A stretch of 64,000 nt of DNA, taken from positions 124,001 through 188,000 of the forward strand of contig PPNB01000014.1 in NCBI GenBank assembly GCA_003707115.1, in the 5' to 3' direction. The translations under genes and the position numbers were made by a program. Shown one piece after another: positions 11,453 through 25,810 of this stretch. The stretch's first letter is position 1. The number at the start of each line of letters is the position of its first letter. The notes under the pieces were generated by a model. The model was not told the origin of the DNA, did not search any database, and worked only from the letters and a program-made list of their open reading frames with translations. Origin of the DNA: Tortispora ganteri (taxonomy: Eukaryota).

Positions 11453-12533
11453 ATGTAATTTGTCAGATGATTATTCGAGTGCGCAACTTTCACCACTTGA
11501 TCGGCAAAATACAGTTTACATGTTTAAGATGTTCAACCTCTACCGTAAAAACTTGTACAAGGGCTTACAAGTACCTGTACAAACATATGTGCAATTATTT
11601 TGCATGCGATTTAACTAATAAGGCTCACATGTTTGTTCCAGTTTCTGCAGACAGTTCTATATCGATGGCTGCGCCTGTACCTCTCGGCCCACTCAGCTTC
11701 GGTTAGTGGCACAGAATATGAAATGGAAAAAACTTTTTGCTTGCAATTTTCAGCTACGAAACAGTAGCGCAATTAGCACTTTACCTTTCAAGGAATCCTA
11801 AGTCAACTGCTTTCGTTGCTTTTAGTGTTCCAAACGCACGAAGCCGATCACTTTCATGGCCATTGCACTAAACGCTCTGGAACCACACAATCAGAACTCT
11901 CATTTATGGGTTTTATTCATTACTTGGTGGGCTTTACCATGTAATAAATTAATCACAATAGATGTTAAGATACATAGGGGGATGTATGAGTTGACACGTA
12001 TATTACAGCTGTAAGATGCGCGCGTTACTTAATAAGGTTTACTTGAACCGTTCGACGGTTGAACTTCAAATACAACGATATTTGTATTTGCAATATCTCT
12101 CTCTTGTTCTTCACTATGGAGTCCAGCTCCATGTCAGTTATAGAATCCTAGGTTGCTTCTGTTGCAGTAATTAAGTTTTTGAGCTGTTGAAGTATCCTCA
12201 GGGCACCTTAATTTTGTTTTTAGGAAATATCTTCGATTAACGGTGATACTTGTGTCGCGCTTTTGAAGAGCTCTAAACACCGAATACCTGCTATTCACGA
12301 AATGCTAATTTGAGAGAATATCAGGCCTTACATTGATAGTTAAAATGTCTTAATAAACAAAAAATGAAGAAGTAAGGGTATGTTCTAATATAGGCCATTG
12401 GACGAAATGAATCGGACATGTAAGTAGGTATTGAGTATGGTAAGAGCAGGGTAACGTTTTCATTATACCTACCTTATAGTTTTTATCCCGCCTCCCGTCC
12501 ATTTTCCCCTCCTTCATCGCTTAGTGGCACATA

Positions 12534-12953
12534 ATGGCATCTGCTGGATCCTCTGCGTTCAGGCGTTTTATTAATTCGGAGACAGGGCCTAAAACGGTAC
12601 ACTTTTGGGCGCCGGTTCTGAAATGGGCTGTAGTTATTGCCGGCATCGCTGATCTTAAACGACCAGTAGAGTCTTTATCAGGTACACAACAAATCGCACT
12701 TTTCGCTACGGGTGCTATTTGGACTCGATGGTGTCTGATTATAAAACCCCGCAACGTCATGTTGGCTTCAGTGAATTTCTTCCTTGGAGCAGTTGCTGGT
12801 GGACAACTTGTGCGTATCGCTATGTTTAATCATTCAATTGGTCTTTCCGCGTCGCAAAATGTTAAGGCTATTTTGTCTGGCAAATCGGCCGGTGAGATAG
12901 CTACCACTGCGAAGGATGAAACAACCGCTCTTCCTGCAACTACCGCGGCCTAG
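12534..12953 (+). CDS. MPC2: Mitochondrial pyruvate carrier subunit 2
   Basis: FINSETGPKTVHFWAPVLKWAVVIAG...RPVESLSGTQQIALFATGAIWTRWCLIIKPRNVMLASVNFF. Confidence 0.95.
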   Translation: MASAGSSAFRRFINSETGPKTVHFWAPVLKWAVVIAGIADLKRPVESLSGTQQIALFATGAIWTRWCLIIKPRNVMLASVNFFLGAVAGGQLVRIAMFNHSIGLSASQNVKAILSGKSAGEIATTAKDETTALPATTAA

Positions 12954-13051
12954 TTCGTGTCAGTTACACATTCTATTGGATAGATTATGATAATTGTTTG
13001 TAGCAATTGTATCTGTTTCGTAAAAATAGATGTCTTCGTAAGATTCGTAAG

Positions 13052-14236
13052 TTATTGAGGGCTTGTCTGCGTGCTGCTTCTGCTGTCGTCGAATAGCCCA
13101 CCGATGTGGGCGCTTCGCGCAAAAATCGGTTGTGGACCTAGTTTATACGGCTCAGTGTCGTCTGTGGTACTTTTGTCGCGGTTTGACTCATCGGACGAAG
13201 CATTTGGCGTCGAAGAAGAGGCATCTGTCGCTCCTTGCCCATGGTTCTCAGAACGATTACTAATATCACCAGCACTAGAAGGTGGATCGCTCCGTAAAAG
13301 CTCCTGTGGGGCAAAAGGATCTGCTGCAATATTTAGAAGGACATCAAGGCTTTGGTCGGTACCTTTAGCAGCTATCCGGTCGTACACTTCCTTCTCTGCA
13401 CGGGTTATATATGCTGATCGTTCAAGCACTGCGTTCAATGCTTGCGAAATTAACGAGTTCATCGAACCATTATATTTCTGCCTTAGTAGATCTAGTTCAT
13501 CAACTTGCACTGTAAGGTCTACGAGAGCCTCTCTGAAACCAAGAAGTTCGTCGAACGTGTCCTTACTGTGACTGGCACGCTCGCGTACAGGCGAAAGCTT
13601 TCTGAACGACGGGACAGATATTATAGAGGATGAACTAGATGCAATTCCAGGAGAAGGATGTGTGAGCGCAGTATTCCATGATTTGCTATTTGAGGAATCT
13701 CTGAATTTCTTAGACTTTAGAAGTGGTTTGCGTGCCTGCGCCAGTCGCGACTTCTCGCTTTCGCGCAATACACGCAACCGTTCTGTTCGCTCAGCCTCAA
13801 AGCTAGCTCTTTCAGACACCGCTGCAGAGCTAAGGTCCTCTAGGGTCGCTTGGAGCGGTTCGACGAATCCATGTGTGAGTGTTGAAGATAAGACGAGCTC
13901 ATGGTTGGAAATGACGTGAAGCAGCCCGCCGGCCGCCAGCAATCCTTCTGTTGGGTTGACTGTTTCAGTGTCAGATGCATCAGATAATCTTCGGGTTGGA
14001 GTACCAATTGGTGTAGAAACTACCTCATGGATTGTCTCTAGCGCAGTTTTGAGAGAATGCACATCAACTGTGTTACGAACATCAGCTCTACCTACAGCTT
14101 CTAGCGCTGTTGCGAGCTCAGACCCTGCTTCTGCGGCACGTTGCAAACATAGCGCATAATTGTCTGCTGCTTTTATTGCTGTGGATATTAGCTGTGCAGC
14201 ACTTTCAAATTCTTGTGGCGTTTCTGGCATCTTCAT
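13052..14236 (-). CDS. IVY1: Ivy1-like I-BAR (IMD) protein
   Basis: 394 aa helical protein: AIKAADNYALCLQRAAEAGSELATALE, EGLLAAGGLLHVISNHELVLS, FREALVDLTVQVDELD, ARAE-type motif (ITRAEKEVYDRIAAKG) as in fungal Ivy1-like proteins. Confidence 0.65.
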   Translation of the reverse strand: MKMPETPQEFESAAQLISTAIKAADNYALCLQRAAEAGSELATALEAVGRADVRNTVDVHSLKTALETIHEVVSTPIGTPTRRLSDASDTETVNPTEGLLAAGGLLHVISNHELVLSSTLTHGFVEPLQATLEDLSSAAVSERASFEAERTERLRVLRESEKSRLAQARKPLLKSKKFRDSSNSKSWNTALTHPSPGIASSSSSIISVPSFRKLSPVRERASHSKDTFDELLGFREALVDLTVQVDELDLLRQKYNGSMNSLISQALNAVLERSAYITRAEKEVYDRIAAKGTDQSLDVLLNIAADPFAPQELLRSDPPSSAGDISNRSENHGQGATDASSSTPNASSDESNRDKSTTDDTEPYKLGPQPIFARSAHIGGLFDDSRSSTQTSPQ

Positions 14237-14375
14237 TGGTTATAATGTCAAGTGTTGTGATGGTACAATAGATATGCTCAGAAACTAAGGCCTATTGGGT
14301 GTTTACACCCTCTAAAAAGGGGGGTCCGCATTACGCACTGTGGTGTATAAAACCGTTAAAATCATGAATTAATCT

Positions 14376-16904
<2,529 letters not shown>

Positions 16905-16930
16905 TTAAGGGATAGGGAGGCTAGAAAAAA

Positions 16931-16988
16931 ACGCGGTCGGAACCTTAAATCTCATTTAACGCGACAAGACCGTGCGGCAACCGGGTAA
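16931..16988. promoter_or_regulatory. MCB-core and Reb1-like sites upstream of MCM3
   Basis: ACGCG at 16931-16935 and 16959-16963; CCGGGTAA at 16981-16988. Confidence 0.45.
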
Positions 16989-17785
16989 GTTTCAGGATTA
17001 CTGCAGCGAATACATGAATAATACATTGGATAATAATTTATCATCGATAATCAACTCAGCAGAATATAGCAGTTTGTTTTGACCGAATTGCTTGTGTAAT
17101 CATTGCGCAACGGAGCTACAGTTTGAATGCACAAGCAGCTTTGTAGCAATAGCCGGGCGGCTATGTCTGACACACCGGGCACTATAGCATTAAATTGTTT
17201 GACTTCTGTTTAATTAGTAGACAAATTAATCAATAGATCCTCATTGCAAGTATGATCAGGTCTACTTTGCGTTATCGAAAAGCGTTAAGTAAATCAGGAA
17301 CGCACCATAGTGTGCGATCTCCTCTGTCTTCTCCGTCCTATCCGCTAGCAGCTCTAGCACAGCCCAAGTTAAATCTAAACGCGGTCCTTTATTATCTACC
17401 TATACGCTTGACCAGTAAAAACCTGGAGCCCTTGTAATATGGAAGACAGGGACGCATGCGGCATGAAGATGGTTGAAACGAATTAGAGTTTTCTGCCCCG
17501 GCTTTTATGACCAATTATAAAGCTTAGATTGCCAAATCTAGTAATAATTTTTCTTTTAAGGTATAGCAACTACTTGCTGAATAATAGTAGAACAGACTGG
17601 TTATCGACAACTAGAGCCATACACTGAACTGTGTCTCTGCACGATTAGACATATTTCTGACTTTGCTGCTTTATTTTACACATTACCTGAAGATCTCATT
17701 TTGCCTGTTTCTTAGCCAGTAACAGCTACGTGGCGCACCGACGTGAGCGATCTGTCTTCTTGCCATTTCAGTCTTAATCACTGCA

Positions 17786-19573
17786 ATGTCGGACGATCAG
17801 GATTACAGAGGACGTGAACGCACTCGGCAGAGCGATGGGATTAATTTACTTGTTGATTCTTTTGCAGAAGCCAGTTTGGCATCGAGCTCGAACTCCAGTA
17901 CGAACTTGAAATTGAATAAGCATGTATCATTCCAGGACCCACATTCATTAAATTTAGCGCACTCGGTCTCTCCCTCACCGTCAATAGACTCGTTTTATGG
18001 CGATTCTAATGGATCGATAAATGATTTTGAACGTAGCGGACGACCGCGCATTTTGCGCACGCATACGGAACCGCAATCACGCAACAAGTACTTCTCACCA
18101 TCCAGACACCACTATCGAACGCCTATTAGCCACACTTTATTGAAAGAGACTTCCAACGCTTCAAGTCGCTACGAAGTATCTGATGGCAGTGAGCGCGTAT
18201 ATATCAACCAGTATTGGCTGCAGGATGAGATAGGTCGTGGGTCTTGCGGCACCGTTCATCTTGCAATCGACACAACTACAGGAACAAAGTACGCAATCAA
18301 AGTGTATTCGAAGCAACGTCTACGACGTAACTCTCTTTCTTCTATTCTACGACGTCAGAATGGCCGGAGGAGTAGAGGCGTGAGCCCTAGTCCGGCATTC
18401 TCTCAGGGTGGCAATCACTCTGCGCTGAACTCGCGCGCGTCAAGTGTAGTCAGCACTCGTAGATCTGCATCAGACCTTCAACGAGAACTAGAAGGCTCAA
18501 ATTCCTTGAATTTGATCCGCAAAGAAATTCAGATTATGAACAGACTTAACCACGAAAATGTCGCAAAAATGATAGAGGTCCTTGACGATCCGATGTCCGA
18601 CAACTTATTCTGTGTTATGGAATACTGCTCGCGCGGCGTTATAATGAAAATGTCAATGGACTCTACAGTTAAGTACTACTCTGAGGAACAATGTCGTCTT
18701 TATTTTCGAGATTTGATTCTAGGAATCGAGTACTTACATTCTCGCGGCATTGTACATCGGGACATCAAGCCAGAAAACTTACTATTGTCTGAAGACGATG
18801 TGCTCAAAATAACTGATTTCGGTGTTTCTGAAATATTTGAAAGCAGTGATACAGAGGGTTTATCTTATGCTGCTGGTTCGCCTGCATTTATGGCGCCCGA
18901 GATTGTTATGAGCACCAGCATCAGTATGCTCACGCGTTCTACCCCTGGATCCATTCAGGGGTCTATTAACAGTGAACATGGCTTAAACATAGGTCGGTCA
19001 ACGAACAACTTGCATGGGGTGAATCTGACTTCTGAACAGCCGTCGAGGTTTTTCTACGGAAAGGCAGCAGACGTATGGTCGATGGGCGTAACGCTATACT
19101 GCCTGGCACTAGGTCATCTACCGTTTAGACACTTCCATTTGAATGAGCTATATGAATCGATTAAATATGACGAGCCAGAAATTCCTTTGAAAATTTCTGC
19201 TGAATTAACAGATCTAATACAAAAGCTGTTATGCAAAGACCCATTGACGCGAATAACACTGTCTGAAGTGCGCGTTCACCCGTGGGTCACACTGAATGGA
19301 GAAGACGAATTACTGTCTTATGAAGAGAACACGTCTGATGCCGACTTTAATTCTGCTATTCATGCTGCTTTTGTTGTTGTTAAAGTCGTAAAGGCAATTC
19401 GGATACTCCAGGATATGGTTGAGGGCCGGATGTCTGCCTCAACGAAGGACTCTATACGATTGTCCGTAGCCAAAGAGCAGATCAAGTCGAAATTCAACCG
19501 ATCACGCAGCGCTGATCCGGGATCGCGATTGGCGAGGTGGTCACCGTTTCTTGGTTCGCACGCAGAAGAGTGA
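17786..19573 (+). CDS. CaMKK-family Ser/Thr kinase (Sak1/Tos3/Ssp1-like, probable Snf1/CaMK-activating kinase)
   Basis: INQYWLQDEIGRGSCGTV, YAIKVYSKQRL, IRKEIQIMNRLNHENV, EVLDDP, YFRDLILGIEYLH..IVHRDIKPENLL, DFGVS, GSPAFMAPE, HPWVT..GEDELL. Confidence 0.9.
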   Translation: MSDDQDYRGRERTRQSDGINLLVDSFAEASLASSSNSSTNLKLNKHVSFQDPHSLNLAHSVSPSPSIDSFYGDSNGSINDFERSGRPRILRTHTEPQSRNKYFSPSRHHYRTPISHTLLKETSNASSRYEVSDGSERVYINQYWLQDEIGRGSCGTVHLAIDTTTGTKYAIKVYSKQRLRRNSLSSILRRQNGRRSRGVSPSPAFSQGGNHSALNSRASSVVSTRRSASDLQRELEGSNSLNLIRKEIQIMNRLNHENVAKMIEVLDDPMSDNLFCVMEYCSRGVIMKMSMDSTVKYYSEEQCRLYFRDLILGIEYLHSRGIVHRDIKPENLLLSEDDVLKITDFGVSEIFESSDTEGLSYAAGSPAFMAPEIVMSTSISMLTRSTPGSIQGSINSEHGLNIGRSTNNLHGVNLTSEQPSRFFYGKAADVWSMGVTLYCLALGHLPFRHFHLNELYESIKYDEPEIPLKISAELTDLIQKLLCKDPLTRITLSEVRVHPWVTLNGEDELLSYEENTSDADFNSAIHAAFVVVKVVKAIRILQDMVEGRMSASTKDSIRLSVAKEQIKSKFNRSRSADPGSRLARWSPFLGSHAEE

Positions 19574-19700
19574 TATGCATATTTGTATTTTTTTTTTTTT
19601 TTTTTACGTCTATTCTTCTTTTTTCCAACGTTTTTCATTGCGCGATGTTCATGCCTACGCGCTTAACGCTTCACCAACTAAACTTTATCACACATACATA

Positions 19701-21500
19701 ATGGACTGGACGTTTCATGATCCCCCGCCAACTACTGGTATAATTAATGTAAAGCCTAATATCACGAAGAACAAAATAATTGATACTGACTTACGTTATT
19801 TGCGGCGACCGCGTGTTAATGTCGTGCTCAATACCCCAGTATCGACAATGTACACAAACAAAGTAGCTACATTCCCGTTTGCTTTTGAAAACAACAAAAA
19901 TAACAGCAATGACAAAATCATTGAACTAGTCAATCGCATAGAGGCGGAAATGAACGCTGCACGCGCAGAACTGATAGTCCTGCTGCAAAGTACTGGCTCA
20001 ATGGTCCCTCGCGTTCAACCAAGGTTGCCAACATGGCAAGTAGACGGAATAGACTCGCTAACAAGTTTGAGAGGTTCTACATTAGATTTGAATCTAGTTG
20101 ATAACGAAATTACAGATATTGTCGCACAGCGATTTGCATTCGCTTCGTACTGCATTGCATTAGTGCGGTTAAAATACAAAGAGGTAGAAGAGCTACAGTG
20201 GCTGCTCGAGGTCACTAAAAGCTGCAGAATACACACATATCACGTCGGAACGACTTATTTTCGTTTACTTGACTGCCTTATTGAATTCCTTGCTCCTTCA
20301 CTAGTAATTTCAGTGCTAACTCGGTTAATGGAAGGAGAAGCGAAGGCCGATATCCTTAATGACCAGGTGCTCAATGAGTTCACGCGCGATTTTACTGATA
20401 TTGAAGTACTCACTGTGTTATACCGCCCTGAAGCTCTTAGGAAATACAAGCACATCATTATGAAGTATATGCAATACTTCATGCAAGAAATGTATCAGCC
20501 AAATGCTCCGGACGAACAGACAAACTTGACTTTAATGGAAGGGTTAGCGACCACATGCACTACTCATATCACTCATTCTTCAAAATTTGCATCAGACCTA
20601 GCTGCATGTGCTCTATATCAAAGTGAGCACAAACAAAATAAAAGACCAAAGACGCTTTACGAACGAAAATTCTCGCTGGCAATGGTTTTACAAAATATTG
20701 ATTTGGATATCAGCCGGTGTATAATTGAAGAAGGTAAATTGATTGAAATAATCGACAGCTTTAATAAATATTCCTCATTAAGTGATGGACTCAATTTGGT
20801 AGTGTCTTTTATGATCGATCAGCACCTTGAAGATCGCCACAGGAGCCTAACCAAGTTCGCCTTTCTGGATGAACTGGAAAATTCGTTCGCACGGTTTCAC
20901 ATCAAACCAAACAATCAGTTTGTAGGGTTTGGTTTAGATCCAGATATTTCTGCATCAATATTTGGACTTATTCTTTGTTTGGAACCTCAAACTGAACAAT
21001 TCGAATATTTGAGAAGCAATAATGCCAACTGGGATAGGTTGGAAAGTCTGTATCAACAAATATTTGTTTACATGGTTTTGCTTACTGGTATTTCTAGGGC
21101 ATTATTAAGAAGCAGGAAAAATATGAACACTTTCGAAGTACGGACTCTAGTATGGCAATGGACGATATTTGTTACTGAGATTGTCTTGAGATCATGCTTT
21201 GAACAGATAAATTCAATCACACATGACGGCAGTCGGAGACTTAATTGCACCACAATCTACCAAACAAAAGGTCTTATATCTACTTCTATTGGGGATTACG
21301 TGCTAATTAAATGTTGCGATATTATCGAACAGATAATTCAGGGTTATAATCTCGATGGACGTCTACTACGATCGCTTTACGATGACGTCGTGAACGACGA
21401 CATGATAAACGCCACCATAAAACTACACCATATTACGGAAGTAATAGACATCAGCAATAATGACAATTATGACGGAGATCTAACGGAATTGGAAGATTAA
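19701..21500 (+). CDS. Hypothetical protein, about 599 aa, predicted largely alpha-helical
   Basis: Long ORF of normal composition with no family recognised. Start placed at ATG 19701, downstream of the poly-T tract; an in-frame ATG also exists at 19575. Confidence 0.75.
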   Translation: MDWTFHDPPPTTGIINVKPNITKNKIIDTDLRYLRRPRVNVVLNTPVSTMYTNKVATFPFAFENNKNNSNDKIIELVNRIEAEMNAARAELIVLLQSTGSMVPRVQPRLPTWQVDGIDSLTSLRGSTLDLNLVDNEITDIVAQRFAFASYCIALVRLKYKEVEELQWLLEVTKSCRIHTYHVGTTYFRLLDCLIEFLAPSLVISVLTRLMEGEAKADILNDQVLNEFTRDFTDIEVLTVLYRPEALRKYKHIIMKYMQYFMQEMYQPNAPDEQTNLTLMEGLATTCTTHITHSSKFASDLAACALYQSEHKQNKRPKTLYERKFSLAMVLQNIDLDISRCIIEEGKLIEIIDSFNKYSSLSDGLNLVVSFMIDQHLEDRHRSLTKFAFLDELENSFARFHIKPNNQFVGFGLDPDISASIFGLILCLEPQTEQFEYLRSNNANWDRLESLYQQIFVYMVLLTGISRALLRSRKNMNTFEVRTLVWQWTIFVTEIVLRSCFEQINSITHDGSRRLNCTTIYQTKGLISTSIGDYVLIKCCDIIEQIIQGYNLDGRLLRSLYDDVVNDDMINATIKLHHITEVIDISNNDNYDGDLTELED

Positions 21501-22919
21501 CATGATATAATTGCAATCATGTAGTTCAGGCTTGCTAATAAGGTTTGTCTAATTGTTACATTTGGAAGGAGCGTTAACACGTGCATTAAAGATAAGAAGT
21601 TCCGTATATCGACTGTAGCCGGAAATTTACCAGTAGCACTGCTCATAGTTAGCTAAGTCGTTTGTGATTACTGCCATATTTCTGAGGAGGCAATCGCAAT
21701 TGTTAGCCACCGCCAATAAGGATTGCTATGCTGGTCATACTAGTATCACTCAAAGCTTATTCCACTTAAGGTTCCGGGCTTCACTGAGATATTTTCCTGC
21801 CATCCAACGCAGCACTAGGTATCACCTAGTCTTTGTACCTAATAGAAATTGTCAAATAATTAATTATTCAGTCTTTAAAACAACTTAACGACTTTTTTTG
21901 AATAACCAGAGGTTATAGTATATTGGTCTTTACAGTTTAGGGTTAAGGTATCTATTTTCATTATTACCAGTTGGTCCCTCTCTTAGAAGGGGGTTTTTCT
22001 CCCACTATAAACCCATTAGCACCAATACCCTTTGCCTTTTTTCCCCTAATTGCGCCTGCTTTTTCCTCTATCAGCTTTTTTTGCCTGCAATACCTCTGCA
22101 ATACTTGTGCACATTTTGTCAAAGAATTTGGTCTGTCTTAAAATAAGTAAGAGGCTTTTTTTTAGCTCTACGCCTCTCTTGTTTCATTGTTTTTCGACCT
22201 TTTTTCATTGCAACTTTTTTGCGTTTCTAAGTACCTCAAGCAGAGCAAGGCCTTCTTAGAATTGCCAAATTCTGCACATTAAGTGCCATATTCCCTGTTT
22301 TTCTTATTCGAAACAGAAAGATCTGCAAATTAATATCTTTTGTTGAGCAAAACAGCTATCTCTATCTTTCCCGCACCTCTCTCTTAGATCAGTTTTACTT
22401 CTGACCTTTGACCTCGGTCTTGTGCGTCTTTTCTTCTCTTGCTCTTGATTGCAGGACACTTTGTTCTACTACTCTGCTTTCCTAGCATTCCGGTACCCTT
22501 CACTGTTTTATATTGCTTGCTTTTTGCGCATATCGCCCTGAAATATTTCAACATTCTTAGTTTTCTCTTGTGCTCAGGTATCCCCAGCTATTTTCGGTTC
22601 GATCGCTCTAAAGCTATTACAAAAGTCTTTTGACTTCTTCCGCTCTAGCCTCTAATCACATAGCTAACTGTCTATTAAGTTTGGTTTATATATTCTCTAT
22701 CATACCGGCTACGCGAGTCTCATTCATCTACAGGTCCTACCCCGCTTGATTGCCCTTTCTTGTTTCTTCTCTTTTTTAGGACGCCGCCACTAGTGCTTTT
22801 TCTCTGCTAACTGCTACTAAGCATTTATTTGTACGATTAGTCTTGTAAGAGTACTTGCTAATCGTTTTTTTTTTTTTTCGTGATTCTATTCTCCTTGCAT
22901 ACCTCGATTTTTTGGCACG

Positions 22920-24761
22920 ATGGCAGATCCTCAGCATTCTGCAGCAGTTTCTTCTGCTAACCCGGAGGAACGGTCTCGTAGGCGCTCAAACGCTACCTCG
23001 TTTCTTAAGTCGTTTAAGAAGTCTTCAGATAAAACTACTCCAACTATTCAAGGTCCTACTCTGCAACCGGATGTTAATGAACACCCTTCCGATTCTGAGT
23101 GTAACGCGTTGAATCATGCAAAAGATGTCGCTGTCTCAGATGAGCCTACACCAAGTGATGTCGTTGATAATCATGCTCCTCCGGTTTTAATATCCCCTGC
23201 TGCCCAAGACCTCACTCACAAGAAATCCACTACCAGAGCAAAACTTTCCAGAATATTCAGAGACCCCCTCAAAAGCGAAGTTTCAGAGAAAGACAAGTCG
23301 AAACCTATAGTTTCCGAAAGTGATTACGAGACTGATGCCTCTACAAAATCAGTGCGTTCTCAAGTTCCTGATAATCATGTGAATAATGGCGTTAAATCTC
23401 GTTCTCGAGCTGGTTCTCGATCCAATAGTCTTTTACCAACGAAATTGAATATCGATACTGCTTTTGCGGGCATGAACGTCAATGAAGCTACTGATAGCTC
23501 TAGACATACTTCTGCCTCGAATACCCCTGAACCACATATATTAAACCCACAACCGATAAGTGCAATTCCATCTATGCAGCTTCCGCCTGCGGCAGCTGGT
23601 GGTTTGACCGCTCCCCTCGGTCCAGCACCTACTCCTCCTATTCCAGGTAAAAGGTTTTGGACCCACCCTGATACTGCCAATCCTGGTTCCGAAACTCATG
23701 AACATTATCTAAGAAGCGCTAAGCGCCAAGAAAGACTAGGAAATATGATTCGTGATTTAATTGGACGCAAGCGTGAAGAAGTACCCATTGAAGGAAGCAA
23801 CCTCAGTCTAATGGCTAACTTTGTTTCTGAATATGAGAAAAATCAGTTGAATGGTGCAGCTTCCAAGGGACAGTCCACTACCACATTTATCGAAAAGTAT
23901 GGCAAATGTCAAGAAATCATTGGAAAAGGCGCGTTTGGAGTTGTACGAGTTTCTCACAAGATTGATCCTCAAAATCACCAGCGGGAACAGCTTTATGCGG
24001 TTAAGGAGTTCAGGAAACATCCACAAGAAAGTGAACAAAAATATACAAAACGACTGACATCTGAGTTTTGTATTTCCTCGTCTTTGAGGCACCCGAATAT
24101 TATACATACTTTGGATTTGCTTCGAGATGCTAAAAAAGAGTTCTGTGAAGTGATGGAGTATTGCGCTGGTGGTGATCTTTACACTCTTGTTTTAACGGCC
24201 GGTAAATTAGAAGTGAAAGAGGCTGATTGCTTTTTCAAGCAAATGATGCGCGGCGTAGTTTACATGCATGAGATGGGTGTAGCACATCGTGATCTAAAGC
24301 CGGAAAATTTACTGCTAACAACGCGCGGTGCCTTGAAGATTACTGATTTTGGTAACGGAGAATGTTTCCGCATGGCATGGGAGAAAGATGTTCATATGAC
24401 CAACGGCATCTGTGGCTCTGGCCCATATATCGCTCCTGAAGAATATACTGAACAGGAATTTGACCCAAGAGCGGTTGATATTTGGGCAACTGGTGTGATC
24501 TATATGGCAATGCGTTCTGGACGGCACCTCTGGAAGATTGCGAACTCGGCAGAAGATGAGTTCTATGAGAGGTATCTAGAAGGACGCAAGGATGAAGCCG
24601 GGTATGAACCCATTGAAATGCTAGAGCGATCGCGTTGCCGAAATGTTATCTACAGTATTTTGGATCCTGTTCCTTCACGGCGAATCACTGGCAAACAAGT
24701 TTTGAATTCAGAATGGGGAAGAGAGATCATAGTGTGTGAAGCAGGCAAACACGGTTGGTAA
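22920..24761 (+). CDS. SAT4: Npr/Hal-family kinase regulating ion transporters
   Basis: HEHYLRSAKRQERL, EKYGKCQEIIGKGAFGVV, KRLTSEFCISSSLRHPNII, DFGNGECFRMAWE, CGSGPYIAPEEY. Confidence 0.9.
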   Translation: MADPQHSAAVSSANPEERSRRRSNATSFLKSFKKSSDKTTPTIQGPTLQPDVNEHPSDSECNALNHAKDVAVSDEPTPSDVVDNHAPPVLISPAAQDLTHKKSTTRAKLSRIFRDPLKSEVSEKDKSKPIVSESDYETDASTKSVRSQVPDNHVNNGVKSRSRAGSRSNSLLPTKLNIDTAFAGMNVNEATDSSRHTSASNTPEPHILNPQPISAIPSMQLPPAAAGGLTAPLGPAPTPPIPGKRFWTHPDTANPGSETHEHYLRSAKRQERLGNMIRDLIGRKREEVPIEGSNLSLMANFVSEYEKNQLNGAASKGQSTTTFIEKYGKCQEIIGKGAFGVVRVSHKIDPQNHQREQLYAVKEFRKHPQESEQKYTKRLTSEFCISSSLRHPNIIHTLDLLRDAKKEFCEVMEYCAGGDLYTLVLTAGKLEVKEADCFFKQMMRGVVYMHEMGVAHRDLKPENLLLTTRGALKITDFGNGECFRMAWEKDVHMTNGICGSGPYIAPEEYTEQEFDPRAVDIWATGVIYMAMRSGRHLWKIANSAEDEFYERYLEGRKDEAGYEPIEMLERSRCRNVIYSILDPVPSRRITGKQVLNSEWGREIIVCEAGKHGW

Positions 24762-25009
24762 TGCAGCATTGTATATTTTATATAAATATATATCGTTCTT
24801 CTAGTGCACAATATGGTTCACACTGTGTATTATACTGCGATAGCCACTACTTTGCATATAATAATATAACGATTTTCTATTAAACTATGAAATGTGTATG
24901 TAACTGTTGTACTGCTTAAGGGTAAATCTTGTACTGACAGAGTGGCGGGAATTAGTTAGTTGGCTGTGCAAAAGGCCACTTTTCCACTATCCTAGAGTAA
25001 CACCGCAAA

Positions 25010-25810
25010 ATGAGTTGGACAGGGTTCAAGAAGGCGGTCAACCGCGCGGGAACATCGGTTATGATGAAAACCGGACATGTCGAAAAGACTGTCGATCGAG
25101 AGTACGAGATTGAGGAACGCCGATTTCGCACTATGGAGACGGCTGTTGAGAAGATGCAGAAGGAGGCCAAAGGATATTTGGATAGTTTAAGAGCGATGAC
25201 GATTGCACAGATGCGCATTGCTGAGACTATTGACGCCTTTTACGGTGACTCTGGAGCTAAAGACGGAGTTGGAAAGTACTATTTGACAGCAGTGGAGGAA
25301 ATTGACGCTGAGACTGTCAAGAGCTTAGATGGTCCATATCGAACTACTGTACTTGATCCAATTTCCAGGTTTTGTGCGTATTTCCCAGATATTAATGACG
25401 CTATTAAGAAGAGGAGCCACAAGATGATGGATTATGATGCGGCCAGGGCTAAAGTTAAGCGAGCGATTGAGAAGCCTTCCGATGACGTTACTAAAGTTCC
25501 ACGCTTGGAAAAGGAGGCCGCTCAAGCCAAAGAGCTTTACGATGCCCTCAACACACAACTTACTGAAGAGTTGCCACAATTAATTGCTCTACGTGTGCCA
25601 TACTTAGATCCATCTTTTGAGGCGCTGGTCAAAATTCAATTGCGTTTCTGCCAAGAAGCCTATGTGCGCTTGGCGCATGTCCAACAGTACCTCGACAGCA
25701 ACACACGTGAAGCGTATGCCTCTGGTGAACTAGATAATCATGTGGAACAATGTCTGCAGCAAATGAAAGAACTGACCATCACTAACATTCCTACTTCCAG
25801 TCGCGGCTGA
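25010..25810 (+). CDS. RVS161: Amphiphysin N-BAR protein
   Basis: MSWTGFKKAVNRAGTSVMMK...LDSLRAMT...ELPQLIALRVPYLDPSFEALVKIQLRFC; 266 aa, no SH3 domain. Confidence 0.95.
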   Translation: MSWTGFKKAVNRAGTSVMMKTGHVEKTVDREYEIEERRFRTMETAVEKMQKEAKGYLDSLRAMTIAQMRIAETIDAFYGDSGAKDGVGKYYLTAVEEIDAETVKSLDGPYRTTVLDPISRFCAYFPDINDAIKKRSHKMMDYDAARAKVKRAIEKPSDDVTKVPRLEKEAAQAKELYDALNTQLTEELPQLIALRVPYLDPSFEALVKIQLRFCQEAYVRLAHVQQYLDSNTREAYASGELDNHVEQCLQQMKELTITNIPTSSRG

